The position numbers were made by a program, and so were the translations under genes. The notes under the pieces were generated by a model that did not search any database, was not told where the DNA came from, and saw nothing but the letters and a program-made list of their open reading frames with translations. This document shows, piece after piece, positions 47,901 to 61,842 of a DNA stretch of 64,000 bases. Each line of letters opens with the position of its first letter. Within the stretch, counting starts at the first letter, position 1. This DNA is from Sphyrna mokarran (Eukaryota): positions 35,154,001 to 35,218,000 of the forward strand of contig JAGIQG010000013.1 of the NCBI GenBank assembly GCA_024679065.1. The letters run 5' to 3'.

Positions 47901-49949
47901 TGGACAATCATATTCTGAGTAATCGCTGGAGAAGTCTAATTGAGAAAGTCAGATAGGACTTATAATTCATGCAGTAGATGTGATCTCAAGATGATGCCAG
48001 AGTTGGGCTCAGATATGATAATTTCTCACAGCTGAACATCTTGCCAAATCCTAGCTGTCCAGGACTACAGGTTAAAATAAGTAACAATTCTCTGTGTTGC
48101 TGAAGGGCTACATGAAAGAGCCCCTTTAGCAAAGGCAAAAGGAAAGAATTAGAAGCAGAAAAAAGATGCAGATCAAGACAAAGCAAAAAAGTTGATACAT
48201 TCTAAACACTATTGCATTTTCATATCATACTTTTCTACAATAGCACTAGAATGATGCAGGTCCTCCAATAGTTTTCTTTTTGCAATTGTGACACACAGTA
48301 TGTTGGTTCCAAGGTATCTTCCCACCTCCCAAGCACTTTACCCCCAAACTGGCTCCTAGCGGCTGAAGCTCCCTGCATGGCAGTGGCTGGTCACCAATTA
48401 AAATGCAATTAAAAAGGCAATTAAGCTCTATAACAGAGTATAAATCCTGTGAGCAGGGCACAGGCCCACCATTCTCCCTGGCAGGTGAAAGGAGATGGTT
48501 TCACAGCAGCATGTCAGACCATTGGAACTGCTAAGGTTGGTGATGGTGGCAGCAATGGCAAGGCTGCTGTGAGCCCATATCGCAATGCAGGCCTGAGTTC
48601 TGAATGGATGGATATGGTCTGTGATAGCCAGATGCGTATACTTTCAAATCACTCCATGGGCACAAATGGCAGATGCAGTGTCCCTCCCTGTTGCTCCAGA
48701 GACTGCTCTCAACAGCTCTCCCACACCTCTCACGGTGGAAGCTGTTAGCTGCTTTCCATGCCTGTTGGGCAGGAAACTGGGGTGCCTTATCGACCCTTTT
48801 AATCATTTTTCGGTTTAATGTTTTACATTTCATTTGTGGTTTGTCTTAGTTTCGGGTGGTTCCCCTTTAAGGATCTAACTCTTATACTTTGTCCCTAAGT
48901 TTGTTTCATTTAGTTTAATTAGTTTAACTCAGAAGAGTTGGAAACTGCCATCACCACTGTCGAGGTCCTGCTGCCCAGCCTGGGGAAATGCCCACTACAA
49001 CTAATTGAACAACAAACGCGGAGGCAGCCTGTTAATTGGCCACATCCTGCAAAATGAGGCCATCAGATGCATGTGAAATGCATGACTTCAGGACTCGGAA
49101 ATAACCCAAACATCGCCTGTGCCTAGAGACATCAATTATAGATTACAGAAATTTTCAGTTTAACACTCGGAGTAAGATAACCCTGTAACAAAACTGCACT
49201 GACACAGCCAGTGCTGGAGGCTCACATTTAATCCCAGTACAATGTGGGCTGTCATATGGAGCTCATTCCAAAAAATCCCAAAACATAGTGGCCTGTTTAT
49301 TAGCTTCAGTGCAGCTGTAATGCACCTTGTATCACAGCTCTCAGAAATTTAAATTTTTGCTATGTTATTCCAGGAGGACGAAGCTTCTCTGCACACTCGA
49401 ATAAATTCTTATCTAGATAGCATCATTTGTCATGCCATCACATCTGATCATGTCTCACACTTTTTCTGCCACCAAAGCTGGACACCAATTTAGTGAGTAA
49501 ATGAGGCAGAGATGAATGTCTAGGTGCTATTTCAATTCAAAAGATTTTTTTTGCAAGTAAGTCAGACTGTGTTTAAGTCAATATTAACACCAGCAGCGCT
49601 AATGAGATTTAAAGAGATTGCCTCAGGCAAGCTATAACTATATTGTTAGATTGTGCTTGGCTGTGTTTCATTTTTTTTCATTTACTAACATCTGTGCCTT
49701 GCTAAAGGTTCACATGTAAGCAATGTCGCAATTATAATCTGAGAAATTTGAGTATAAATGCCTCATTATACTCCTGAAGAGAACATAAGAATCTTGAGTA
49801 GGCCATTTGGTCTCTCGAGCCTGCTTTGACATTTAATAAGATCATGGCTGATCAGATCATGGCTAATCTAATCATAGCCTTAACTCCACTTTCCTGTCTG
49901 TCCCTATAAACCTGGACTCCCTTGTAGATTAAAATCTGTCTGACTCAGC

Positions 49950-51050
49950 CACAATTCTTTTAATTCACATTATGGGATATGGGCTAGGCCAGCACTTATA
50001 GTCCATGCTTCAGAAGATAGTGGTGAGCTGCCTTCTTGAACCATTGCAGTCCCTGAGGTGTATGTACACAAGCACAGTACTGTTACAGAGGTAATTTCAG
50101 TATTTTGATTCGGTGACATTGAAGCAATGGCAATATTTTTCCAAGTCAGGATGGTGCGTGACTTGGAAGGGAACCTTCAGGTGGTGGTGTTACCAGGTAT
50201 CTGCTGTTCTTGTCCTTCTAGATGGTAGTGGTCATGGGTTTGGAAGGTGCTATCTAAGGAATCTTGATGCATTTCTACAGTGCATCTTGTAGATGGTACA
50301 CATTGCTGCCACTGTTCACTTGTGGTGGAGGGAGTGAACGTTTGTGGAAGGAGTAGCAATCAAGCAGGCTGGAGGATGTCGAGCTTCTTGAGTGCTGTTG
50401 GAGCTGCACTCATCCAGGCAAGTATTCCATCACACTCCTAACTTGTCTCTTGTAGATGGTGGACAGGCTTTTGGGAATCAGGAGGTGAGTTTTCTCTGCA
50501 ATATTCCTAGCCTTTGTAAGCAAAGTGTTTATATGGCTAGTCCCGTTCAGTTTATGCATTTGTACATGAACTGCTTCAGTATCTGAGCAGTTGTGAATAG
50601 TGCTGAACATTGTGCAGTCACCTGCAAACATTCCCATTTCTAACCTTATGATGGAAAGAAGCCCAGTGATGAAATAGCTAAAAGTGGTTGAGCCTGGGAC
50701 ATTACTCTGATGAAACCTGCAGCTGAGATGTTTGACCTCTGCTCATCACAACCATTTTTCTTCAGGCCAAGTAGGAGTTCAACAACTGAAGAGCTCCCCC
50801 CCCCCTCCCGATTCCCATTAACTCCAGTTTTTCTAGGGTTCCTCGATGCATACACGATCAAATGCTGTCTTGATGTCAAGGGTTGTCACTCTCACCTCAT
50901 CTTTGGCAGTCAGCGTTTTTGTCCCTGTTTCACCAGTGCTGTAATGTGATCAGGAGCTGAGTGACCCTGACAGAACTCAACTGAACATTTGGGGTCAGGT
51001 TATTGCTGAGTAAGTGATGCTTCAAAGCACAGTTGATGACCTCTTGCATC
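49950..51050 (-). mobile_element. L2/CR1-superclade LINE fragment (inserted in a CR1 3' end)
   Basis: GMFAGDCTMFSTI (FADD-like) and LSTIYKRQVRSVMEY; tail aagaaggcagctcacc. Related pieces at ~30230-30430 and ~58105-58290. Confidence 0.7.
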
Positions 51051-52007
51051 AATTTGCTGCTATAAATGATCCAACCTCCATTGATTTCTGAAGTAGAGAT
51101 TTCCAAAGATTAACAATCCTCAGAGAAAATAATCCTCTTCATATCTATCTTAAATGGAAGATGCCTTAAATATCTTAAATGGCAGATCAGCCCTCGTTCC
51201 TGTCCTTTAAGGGCAGCTCTGTGACCAGCAAATATGCTTTCCTCCCCTGCCTCATTGCATAGCATGAGGAATACACACCATTGCATTTGCTCTGTGAAAT
51301 TATCGTATATTATTGAACAGGGCAATGCTGCTCACAGTTCAGTTACTGTCCAGGAAAAGCTGACAGAATCTGTTAAACTTTACAATGCATATTGTACATG
51401 AATTTTAAAAGAAACTTTCATTTAACATGGAATACCAAGAAAGAGGGATTCATGTAAATATAACAAGCAGAGTAAGGTGAATTTTGTCACAGCTGAGTAA
51501 AATGGAGTGTGCTGAATTTCACTGAGCAATCTGGTGCCCTTGTTAAATTCAACCTTAACATTAATAATATTGCATCTTCCAACTAATAGGATTATATTAA
51601 CCCCATGACACTGAAACAATTCCTTTGAGACACAGAAGTGCACAGAATGGTAGCACTCACAAGCTTTCAGGAAATCAGAGCACACACTTAAATCTTACCA
51701 GTCCTACATTACCTGTACGTGGGGTTAGGGGTAACTTACACAGTGAGGAAGGTTTTTGTACGACGTGTACTGTGGATGAACACTGTGTTTTGGCAATAGT
51801 TTTGGAGGCTAGACAACATAGCTCATTTGGGAGTTGTATGTGTGGTTTAAGCATGCAATGTTTGCATTGTTGTGTTGTGGGTTTGGTGCCAAAACAGGCA
51901 ACACATTTGTGCTATATTTGCAATGCAAACAACATTGTAATTTAAAACTGATGCTAACTCAGCACACATCAGTCAGCTGGAAGATATTGCATTTCAGAAA
52001 CCAGGCC

Positions 52008-53122
52008 ACGCACGATTCTCCCATCACGACTGCAACTTTTCTGTCAGATTGCATGGGAGATGCGCATGGCCGATCTTGAACGTGGATTTGTGCATGTACC
52101 GAGTACGCATGCACATCTCCCAGAGCTGGTGAATAGTCAGTAGTCAGATCACACCAGAAACCAGCAGGGTGGCAGGTGAGTCATTTGAATTTTTTTTTGT
52201 GTATTAAATATGTTTACTAGTTCATTATCAAGTCTTGATCAGATCTCCCAGCCTGCCAGGAGTACTTCATTCCGCTGGGGTTCAAACTAGCTCCACAATT
52301 TGGGGAACTAGCGGGAGACATCGTTGGAATGAAGGGGGTGGCAATCGGGACTCCTAGGGGGTTGGGCGGTGGGGGAGTGGTGCCCCCTAGGCATGAGCAT
52401 CATGGCAGTGCCAGCCTGTGCCTCCTGGCACTGCCCAAGGAGCAAAGTGCTCATGCCCAGGGGCACCTTGGCATTGTCTACCAGGCATCGGGCAGTATCA
52501 AAAGGGCGCAGCCTATTGTGGACATGACCTAGGGGCAATCGGTGAGGGCGGGGGGATCCTGCTACCACTTTGCAGGCAGGATTAGTCCAGTACAGAGGGA
52601 GGCCAGTAATTAAGGAGGGCTGGCAGGGTGGGAGATGGGGGGCAGGGCCTGTCTCTGGGGGAGGGGACAGGGGTCAGCGGGGAGACTTCTGTCAGGGTAA
52701 GATTGCGGGGGGTGGGGAATCATCCCTGCTGGGGGTGTGGGGTGGACTGTGCATCAGGGCATTCCAGAATGATGGTGGGGTCAGGGTGGGAGGGTGGTTG
52801 TCAGGGCTGGCCTGGGAATTGTTGTGGGGGTAATGATTGGGCCATCGAGAGGGGCTGGAGGTGCAGCATTGTGAAGATCCCGGGCTGGTCTGCAAACAGG
52901 GAGTCTAACAGATCAGGACTATCGTGCACGTGCAGAGTTCCAGAGCTGTCAAGACTCCAGTGCGAATAGGCACTGACCTCTTGGGTTTTTAATGAGATTC
53001 ACGACTGGGACTTCTCCAGTGCTCAGAGTGCAGGGATTCAAGTGAGAAGCTGAACTGACAAAAACAGTAGGGAATTAGAACAGTTTTCCTGCCATTTCAG
53101 CAGTTTTGGGAGAATCGCGGTC
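52008..53122. mobile_element. GC-rich ~1.1-kb non-autonomous DNA element with short TIRs (Harbinger-like)
   Basis: cgattctccc at ~52013-52022 and gggagaatcg at ~53108-53117, with a sharp rise in GC content inside. Similar ends occur on ~135-bp MITE-like copies. Confidence 0.55.
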
Positions 53123-53287
53123 CAGAATTCAGCTGATCTTCTACATAACTTCATTCCTCATTCCTTTAAGCCCACTATTAAAACTCCCAGCAAGATGATC
53201 TTATGGTGCCAATTACAGGAATAGGTTTTGTAAATCACCCTTCATGAAAGCACTTCTCTTAAAATGAAATTAAAAGCGATACTGCAC

Positions 53288-53698
53288 CTGGTTGTCGCAC
53301 AGTGACAGTAGTCAGTCCAGACTGATCCTCTCCCAGTTTATACCATATGTCGTTTGGGTCAAGGAGCCATTCTTCCACATAACAGAAGTAAGTGCCAGTG
53401 TCAGCTGGAGTTGCTTTCTGCAGTATCAGACTGTAGAGTTCGTTGGTCATTTTTTCAAACTGCAGCCTCTCCCTCAGGCTTGCACTGCTATTCTCTGAGC
53501 TGCCATACTCAAAAACAGAATTGCGATTCAGGCTGAGAATGGGGAGTCTGGCTTGATCCAGAGTTCCCTGGGCATACCAGACCACCGACAGTTGGGAATC
53601 CAGCTTGGTCCGATTGCTGATCTTGCATTCCAGCTGAATCGGTTTGTCCTCGAGCACTGTGATACTCTTCTCAGTTTTGACAGTTTGCAAATTGCTTT
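53288..53698 (-). CDS. IGSF3: IGSF3-like EWI-family V-set Ig exon (penultimate Ig domain)
   Basis: Acceptor tacccacag| and donor |gtgcag; 411 nt, phase 1-1. QLEC, VVWY and DTGTYFCYVEEWLLDP motifs. Confidence 0.9.
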
Positions 53699-53894
53699 CT
53701 GTGGGTACAAAAGATTTTCACTTCATTAAAAGGGAAGCTGAAAGTCAAAAAATTACATCCCATGGAAGTCTAGTTTCACAACTCCCCAACCGATATACCT
53801 ATCAAATATTCTATTCAAATGGATCAACCTGACTGCATTTTAAAAAAAGCCGTTCATGTCAACACATTGGAAAATACTTTGAGCATTTGGAAAT

Positions 53895-54400
53895 CTAAGA
53901 ATCACAAAATGGTTCAAGCACAAAAGGAGGCCATTTGGCCCACTATGTTTCTGATAGGTCTCTACATGAGAATTACTCAACTAATCCCTCACTCCGGCCT
54001 TTTCCCCATTGCTCTGCAATATTTTTCCTCTTTAAATCATTACAAGATGTAACATTCTTTTAAAATCCATGGCTGAATCTGCCTCTATCACACTCTCAGG
54101 CAGTGCATTCCACATCCGAACCATTTGCTCCGTAAAGGTTTTACCTCATGTTGCCTCTGTTTCTTTTGCAAGTGATCTTGAATCAGTGTTGTCTGGTTCT
54201 CAGCCTCCCACCAACAGGGACAGTTTCTGCCTATTGACTCCATCCAGACCCCTGAAGACTTTGAACACCTCTTCTCTTAACCTTCCCTTCTTTAATGCAA
54301 ACATCCCCAGCTTCTCCAATTTATCCACATTACTGTTGTCCATTCTCCAAAATATTTTCTGCATCCTTTTCATTGCTTTCACATTCTTGCCCAAAGTTTG
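53895..54400 (-). mobile_element. CR1 LINE 3' fragment
   Basis: DKLEKLGMFALKKGRLREEVFKVFRGLDGVNRQKL, with terminal tail ggaggccatttggccc. Confidence 0.8.
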
Positions 54401-55489
54401 ACACAAAATCTTACCAAAAAAAAATGGCAATGTTGTTTCCAGTGAGAAAATCAACATGTTTCTCCCAGAGCATTATTAGAGTTTTGACCCTAGTCACCAT
54501 CCCTCCTTGAATGCCAACTTAAGTACAGTCAACCTCTGAAACCTCCTCTATATCAATTTTAATTACTTCTTCTTTCATTTTTTTCTTGGTAAAGATGGAT
54601 ACAAAGTAGTCATTTAGTATCTCAGTCATGCCTCTGCCTCCATGTATAAATCTAATTTTTGGTCAATGCTACTTATCTTTTTACTGTTTATTTGTCTATG
54701 GAAGACTTCCTAAATTGAATATGCTACTGCTCAAAGCGTGAAATGATTTCAAACAGCATTCTTCAGCATGTGACTGACATTTGTCAAAAACGAACAATGA
54801 GAACAAGAAATTAGATAGTCTCAAATAAAATAACTTGAGCGAATTTCTGAGGTTTACTATGATTTGAAAGTACCACATGGAGCTTATTATTCAGATTACT
54901 GGAATCAATTCAGTTTATTATGGAGTTTATTATTCAAATTACTATCTGGAAAAGTTGCAGGTAATAGATCAGGAGGCAATCAAAGAATATGGCAGGATAA
55001 TAAACAGTAATATTAGACGCTGATACAATCTAACTGTACTGAGTGCACTGATCAGCAGTCCCAACAACAGTTAATACACAAAGAAAAGGATATGTCACAA
55101 ATTCTTTCACTATTTAGGGGAGTTTCTAAAAAAAACTTATTTTGCAAAAGGAATGTAAACTACATATTCTCCTCTAGGAGAATATATACAACCTCTGAGT
55201 GTCTACCTTCTTCAATGAGCTACTCAAATAATGATAACACTTGGGAAAGCAACCAAGAAATCAACGCGAGCTCGTCTTCTAGACATTGTTCATAAGATTT
55301 CAGGTTCAGCAGTGCCAGACAAATACAGCCTCAAATTTCTTAATTGGTTGTCAGGAAAGGTAATTTCCAAGAGGCCACTTATTATGAAACATTGATGACG
55401 TTCTTAGAGTTCAAAATTTGTTCTCTTAATGCAGGAATGTGTGTAATGTGGGTGCCATTTGATGCACATTGTGAGTCAGCTCCATAGCA

Positions 55490-56045
55490 ACAGTCAAATA
55501 ACTCCATGCAAATTACCATTGCTGTTGTCCTTAGTCACTCAAAATTGGGATGACATTTGCCGGGCTTCAGGATTTGTGTATCTTCAGGTGATTCAGTCGG
55601 TTAACACCAGAACGACAGAGTTGCCCTGAGTAAGGCAGTTTCCTTGAATCAGGGCTCTGCTGTCTGTTTTTTTCTTTTCCATCGCTTCTCCACAGTACAG
55701 TTTGTGCAGTCAGTTTCTGATTGTGTTGCAGTTAGTTGGATGAAGCACCGCCGCACAGCCTGATTAACGACAAGCTCAACCCACACACCCATGTCAATTT
55801 GCTCCCTTTTAATAAGGCCTTCCGAGTGTCCTTAAACTGTTTTCTGTTTCCTCTTTGAGATTGGGTGTTGTAAGTTGCGAAAGGGGGATTTGTTTTGGAA
55901 GCTGATTAGTTGGCATGGAACCAGAGTCTGGATCAACAGAGCTGATTTCACACGATCATGGTTGCAATGCTGGATGAATGGGCTTTGGTGAGAGTGTCGG
56001 AGTTTGTTCACTTGGAGTCACTGCTGGTGGAAATTCTCCAGAGCC
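55490..56045 (-). mobile_element. Degenerate RTE-clade LINE fragment
   Basis: The reverse strand shows decayed LEKFHQ, RLPK and RKQFKD-like motifs. Confidence 0.5.
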
Positions 56046-56384
56046 TTGGAATCTGACCAAAGTCTCCCTGTCATATAGAAGGATGGTGCTAACAGTGTTG
56101 GAGTCTCTGTCCTCTGATGAAGATCTCTGTTGCTGATAATGCTAAAAAGAGTAGCATGAGAGACACACAGAAACCTGGGTCCAACATCAATCCCATGAAA
56201 TGGCCTCTGCCGGTGTCCCCTGACCTGTTCCATCTGACCCTTCTGCAGAGAATAGAGAGCACTGAGACTTCTCAGAGAGCTCTTGGGTAAAGGGAAATGT
56301 GCTCCTTAGGCAGTGCTACCCTGGGAAACTTCCATCCCTCATTCTTTGTTAGGAGTCATTCGGTTCTTTATGATTCATGCTGCT

Positions 56385-57050
56385 GATTTTGATTTGAGTT
56401 ATTGTCACATGTATTAATACACAGTGAAATGTATTGCTTCTCACATGCTATACAAACAAAACATAACACACAGAGAAGGAATGAAGTGCAGGATGTAGTG
56501 TCACAGTCATAGCTAGGGTGTAGAGAAAGATCAACTTAATATAAGGTAGGTCCATTCAAAAGTCTGATGACGGCAGGAAAGAAACTGTTCTTGAGTGAGT
56601 TAGTACACGTCTTCAGACTTTTGTATCTTTTTCCCCACAGTGGACAGTGGAAGAGAGAACGTCCAAGGTACACAGGGTGCTTAATTATGGAGGCTGCTTT
56701 TGTGGAACAGTAGAAGGTGTAGACAGTGTTAATGGGTGGAAGACTGGTTTGAGTGATGGACTGGGTTTCGTTCATGATCCTTTGTAGTTTCTTGTGTTCT
56801 TGGACAGAGGAGGAGCCATACCAAGCTGTGATACAATCAGACAGAATGCTTTCTATGGTGCATCTGTAAAAGTTGATGAGAGTCGTAGTGGACAAATTTC
56901 CTTAGTTTTCTGAGAAATTAGAGGAAGTTGGTGGGCTTTTATAATGATAGTGTCAGCATGGAAGGACCAGAACAGATTGTTGGTGATCTGGACACCTAAA
57001 AACTTGGAAGCTCTTGATCATTTCTACTTCATCTCCATTGGTGTAGACAT
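56385..57050 (-). mobile_element. Rex1/Babar-type LINE 3' fragment
   Basis: NFYRCTIESILSDCITAWYG...RYKSLKTCTNSLKNSFFPAVIRLLN. Confidence 0.88.
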
Positions 57051-60000
57051 GTGCCAATCTCCGCTCTGATAGATCAGCACATGTGCAATGGCCCACTCAG
57101 CACAATGCCGCTGGCCTCTCAGTCAGGAATAGGCTCTGTCCCCTACTTACCAGAGAGAACACTGCTGAGGCACTCTGCAGTGCTCAGAATGTCAGAGATT
57201 TGCTCCGGTCAGCATACTAAAAAAGCATGTGGGAATTACTCCCATTTCCCGATTTTTTTTTGGGGGAGAATCCCAGCCAAGATTTTCAAAGGAGACTTTA
57301 TTGGAAGTATTCCCCTATACTTACTTCTTTTTTTAAGACAGCATCCCAAATTGTCAGCTTTAAAAGTGTGTTAACAACAGTTTTCTGCTCATCCCACACG
57401 GTTTGGCAAAGGCAATTTGTATCCTTATGATAATTGTAACAATAGACAATGCTTAAAATGGAAATGTCCATTTCCATTTTAAGCACAACAATTGAACGTG
57501 TTTTTTATGCTGACTCAGTTTACCTTTTTGGCATATCTTAGTTTAAATTCTATTGATGCAGATATAATATCATTGAGGAATTTGGTTGTGGGATTTACTG
57601 AACCTTACAACTGAATTAATGTATTTTGAGATGAATTTAACAATTCAAGACACTTTGGTGATGTTGCCATTTGGACTATGTGTGATAGTTCAGGTCAGAC
57701 ATGGCAGTTACTCTTGCCAGATAGTTTCCAGATATTAGGTCATTGGGATGATTGTTGAAACAAAAACTCTGAAATAAGAAAGCAAAGGAGTAGGCAACGT
57801 GACATAAGATGGATGATAACATTATTGCAATAATCAATTTCTTCCCTAGTTTCCCGATAGTACAGTACTTACTTCTTCTTTGGGACTGTTTTGTGGGCAT
57901 TAGCCACTTCCTTGTCACTAACATAAAATTAAATATGGGATAATTTATCTTAGAAGGTGACATAGATTAATCTCATCACATCCTTACCTGATACTCACAC
58001 GGCAAATCACAGTACAAAGCTGTTACTTTTACTTGGGTCAATTGATTTGATTCCCGGTTTAAAACACGTCAGTTGACCAGATAAACTCAAGTAATTGGGA
58101 TATATATTTCTTTTATTATTTCTGGGACATGGGCGTGGCTAGATGGACGGCATTTATTGCCTATTCCTAGTTGTCCTTGAGAAGGTGGTAGTGAGCTTTC
58201 TTCTTGAATTGCTGCATTGTGTTTGACCCACAATGCTGTTAGAGAGGGAATTCCAGGGTTTTGACCCAGCGACAGTGAAAGAATGGTGAATGTGCATATA
58301 AATCTGTACTTGGGTGATTTGATTGATATTTACAAAATATTGAAGAGACTAGATTGTGTCAGCAGGACCTGCTACCAGTCAGGACAAAAAAAAATCACAA
58401 AATGAAAGAGGGAGCTGCCCTATAGTATAAATGAGAATCAATGAAATCTCCTGAAATAGTTTCAGTTGTTTAAAAAGGTTTGGAGAGGAACTTTTCAGGT
58501 ATTTCCCTCTGTTGTTCTAGGTTTTTATTCTGGTGATAGCCTGGCTCCAAGCAGGTAGGGAGTGTTTGTGCCAGATTTGATAAATCATTTCTTTCCCTGT
58601 CATTTTTGTATATTTTTAATTAGCACAGAAGAGATGAAGGATTAAAACAGGGACCTTCAAGGTCCAGTTAAGACTTGTCATTACCTACAGTGCAGTTATA
58701 TTGTGATCCTCCTTCCAAAGAATACTCCAACATGTGTATGAATGAGAATATAAAGCAGTATTATTCTTAGCAACAAAATGTATGTGGCCAATTTGCAGAA
58801 TCCTTGGCAATTATCTTCTATTAATTTCTCTGAAATCTTGCTTTATTAAATACATTATAACAAAGAGCATTTTCATTTTAGAATATAAACCTGCTGTTCA
58901 AACACAAGCATTCACATTTGAGAATTAGACTATTGATCCCCTTTGTCACCTATGTAAATGCCAATCTGTTGAACACTCTATGTTAAGTGATTTCTGGATT
59001 CAGTGAAAACTTCTTATTTGTGACTGAGAATGAAATGTTTCAGAATGAATTAGGAGTACTGAGATGTAACTCTTTAATCAGTTTATCTGTGCTTTCTTGA
59101 TATTGCAGCAACATAATGAAAGAAACTCTCATTGAGAGAACAGGATAGTGACAATGAAACCCTTCCTCAAAAGAAGTAGGTCTTTTCTGAGTAACGGACT
59201 CAGGAAAAATGTTGTTTGTATTTCTTGTTCTAGAATTTCCTGCATCCTGTTGTTGTCTATGAAAGGTGGACAGATGCTTCGACAAGTTTGTACATCTCAA
59301 ACACTTTACCCAGGTGCTCTTATTTATAAGATGAACAAAAGGACAAGAGTCAGTTCTCAGCTTAACCCAATTTTATTAACAATTTCAATAACTATTAACA
59401 CATAGTTACTCATCTCAAATTATCTAAATCTTGTTTGCCTAAGACTCGAATACTACCCGTGCTGATGAACTTGACTGAGCCAAGGGTCCAATTCTCTGAG
59501 CCTTTCCCATCTCAGGGTCCACATTTTCGAATTTGATTCTCGTTTACCCTCTTCTTCATCTCTGGGTTGCTGCGAAGTCTTGTTTGTAGTCTTCTTCACT
59601 GTGGGTCATGCTAAGTCTTTGCTTCTAGTGTCCTTCAAGGGTCTCCTCTTATCCCCTTCCTCTGCATCCTTCCAGTCAATGGGATTACTGGGTAGAGATC
59701 TTGGCATCAAATGAAGTTGCAAATTGCTTCTTTGGAGGATGCTAGATGTATCCCAGGTAACCATCACCAGGGTATGCGCATTCCGTGTAGCCCTTTTCCA
59801 AATAAAGTTGTGTCAGGAACCCAAGAAAACAGATAGTCCAACTGAAACCAGGGAATACACAAAACTTTTTCCCAAATATAGTCAAGGTCCTTTCAATCTC
59901 TGCCACTGAAATCAGTGGGATAGCCCTGACCTGGATTGGTTTTGGCCTTGTCCTGTCTGGGTTCCCAGCAATCCTTTCTGTAGGAGCTGTTTGCTGCAGC

Positions 60001-61035
60001 AGTTTAATTTAGAGTTTCCACTGTCCATTGGGTCTACGAGTCAGGCCATTAGGCCATCTGGCCACATGGTGGCTGCTGTCAAAGCAAGAGTGACAATGGC
60101 ACTTGTTCTGAACAGAAGATGTCAGAGCCCATAAAGCACCAGAAAGAGTTGATATTCAACATTTTCAATTCGGTGAAACATCCAAATTGATTTTGATTAT
60201 GGCACAGCTGGAGACAGAAAATCATGATTGTTGTAATAATTGCAGACCAGATAATTATCTTTCACAACAGATGGACCTATGGGGAGCTTGTGCTGAAACT
60301 GCAAGGAAGTTTTGTCAGCAAAGAGCTCAGCAGCTTTGCTTTTTCTGTGTATACTTAGTTCTTTGTAACACTAATGTCACACACTATGCTTTAGCTATTG
60401 GTTTGCTGTGGTTGGTTTGCTTTTGGACAGGAAGTAGTTAAGAAACACATAAAATAGAGATGATAGTGCACTTACCTTGGGCACTGAATCATTCAACGGA
60501 GCCAGTCAGCAAAATGTCAAACAAATCAAAAGTGGCAAGTGCTTACATCAGTTCCACCTCCTTGTTTATAACCATGAAAATGGCAGCCAATACTAGGGTT
60601 CAAATACAAAATTTTTTGCATATCACAAATGCACTTGTGCTGCAAATAATACTGACATGAAATCCTTCAGAGAATGTTAATAAATCAGACTTTAAACTAT
60701 AATTAGGTAGATCAGTTGTGTCAGGGAAGACAATCTGTAAAATATCACTCTCTCTTGATCCTGAGCTATAAAAGATGTTCAGGTGGCTGAAACTGGTCAC
60801 CACACATCGCAAAGTAATTAAACATACATTCAGACCCCACTCAGCCTGCTTTATCACCTCTTTTTAATTTCAGTACCACCCCTTGGCCAAGAAGAGTATT
60901 CTTCCAATATAGTTATCAAGACAAATATATGGTTTGTGTTTGGATTTACCCTCCTGTCCTGATAAGGAGGCACAACTGCACAAAAATGCTCTTTGTAAGC
61001 ATGCAAGGAGGAAAGGTTCATTCTATGCTTGAAAG

Positions 61036-61266
61036 CTAGTGTAGAGTCTGCACATTCTCCCCATGTCTGTGTGGGTTTCCTCTGGGTGCTCCAGTTTCCT
61101 CCCACACTCCAAATGTGCAGGTTAGGTAGACAGGCCATGCTAAATTGGCCCTTGGCATCAGGAGGATTAACAGGGTAAATAACGGAGTTACAGAGATAGG
61201 GATTGTTGTCGGTGCAGACTTGATGGGCCAAATGGCCTCCTACTTCACTGTGGGGGTTCTATGATT
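61036..61266 (+). mobile_element. 5'-truncated HE1-like V-SINE next to the Ig exon donor
   Basis: Core plus CR1-type tail ending ggggttctatgatt, about 17 bp from the exon end at 61284. Confidence 0.85.
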
Positions 61267-61283
61267 GAACATAGGTTTAGTAC

Positions 61284-61691
61284 CTGGACGCTGGACAGTG
61301 ACAGAGGTCAGTCCGGACACATTCTCTCCGACTTTATACCAGATGTTGTTGGGGTTGAGTAGCCATTCCTCCACGTGACAATAGTATTTCCCACTATCAG
61401 CAATATCAGCTTTCAGTAAGACCAAAGTGTAATGTCCGCTTAATGGTTTTGTGGCCTGCAGTCGCTCCTTTTTCTTGTCTCTTCTTAACCAGTCCTTATA
61501 CTCAACCACACCATCACGGTTTGATATCAGGATGAGTTTGTCTTCTTTCTCCGGTGATCTTTGAATGTACCATTGTACAGAGAACTGAGAGTCTGGTCTT
61601 GTTTGATTTGTGATGACACAGTCGAAATGAATGTTGTCATTTTCTTTTACTACAATGTTCCTCTTCATTTGCTTGACATTTAATCTACAAT
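61284..61691 (-). CDS. IGSF3: IGSF3-like EWI-family V-set Ig exon (third Ig exon before the TM exon)
   Basis: Acceptor tcttcacag| and donor |gtacta; 408 nt, phase 1-1. B-strand FDC, C-strand QWY and DSGKYYCHVEEWLLNPNNIWYK (EWI-type motif). Confidence 0.9.
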
Positions 61692-61842
61692 CTGTGAAGA
61701 AAAATAAAACTGGGTTACAATGGTGACTACAAAATAGAAACACATTTTATTACCATTTTCCTTATTTTTTTTCTTTCATTTTCTAGCGACCATAACGGCT
61801 CAGATTTTGCAGTGAGTTACCAAGAAAGTTTCTGATAAAGAG

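Noticed and set aside
52308-52969. Cluster of Gly/Pro-rich ORFs
   Set aside because: A by-product of the GC-rich interior of a non-autonomous TIR element, with no domain signature.
59460-60180. Coding-looking, moderately GC-rich intronic block
   Set aside because: Hand translation gave stops and no recognisable motif or splice-consistent exon. It needs a database search and is left unassigned.
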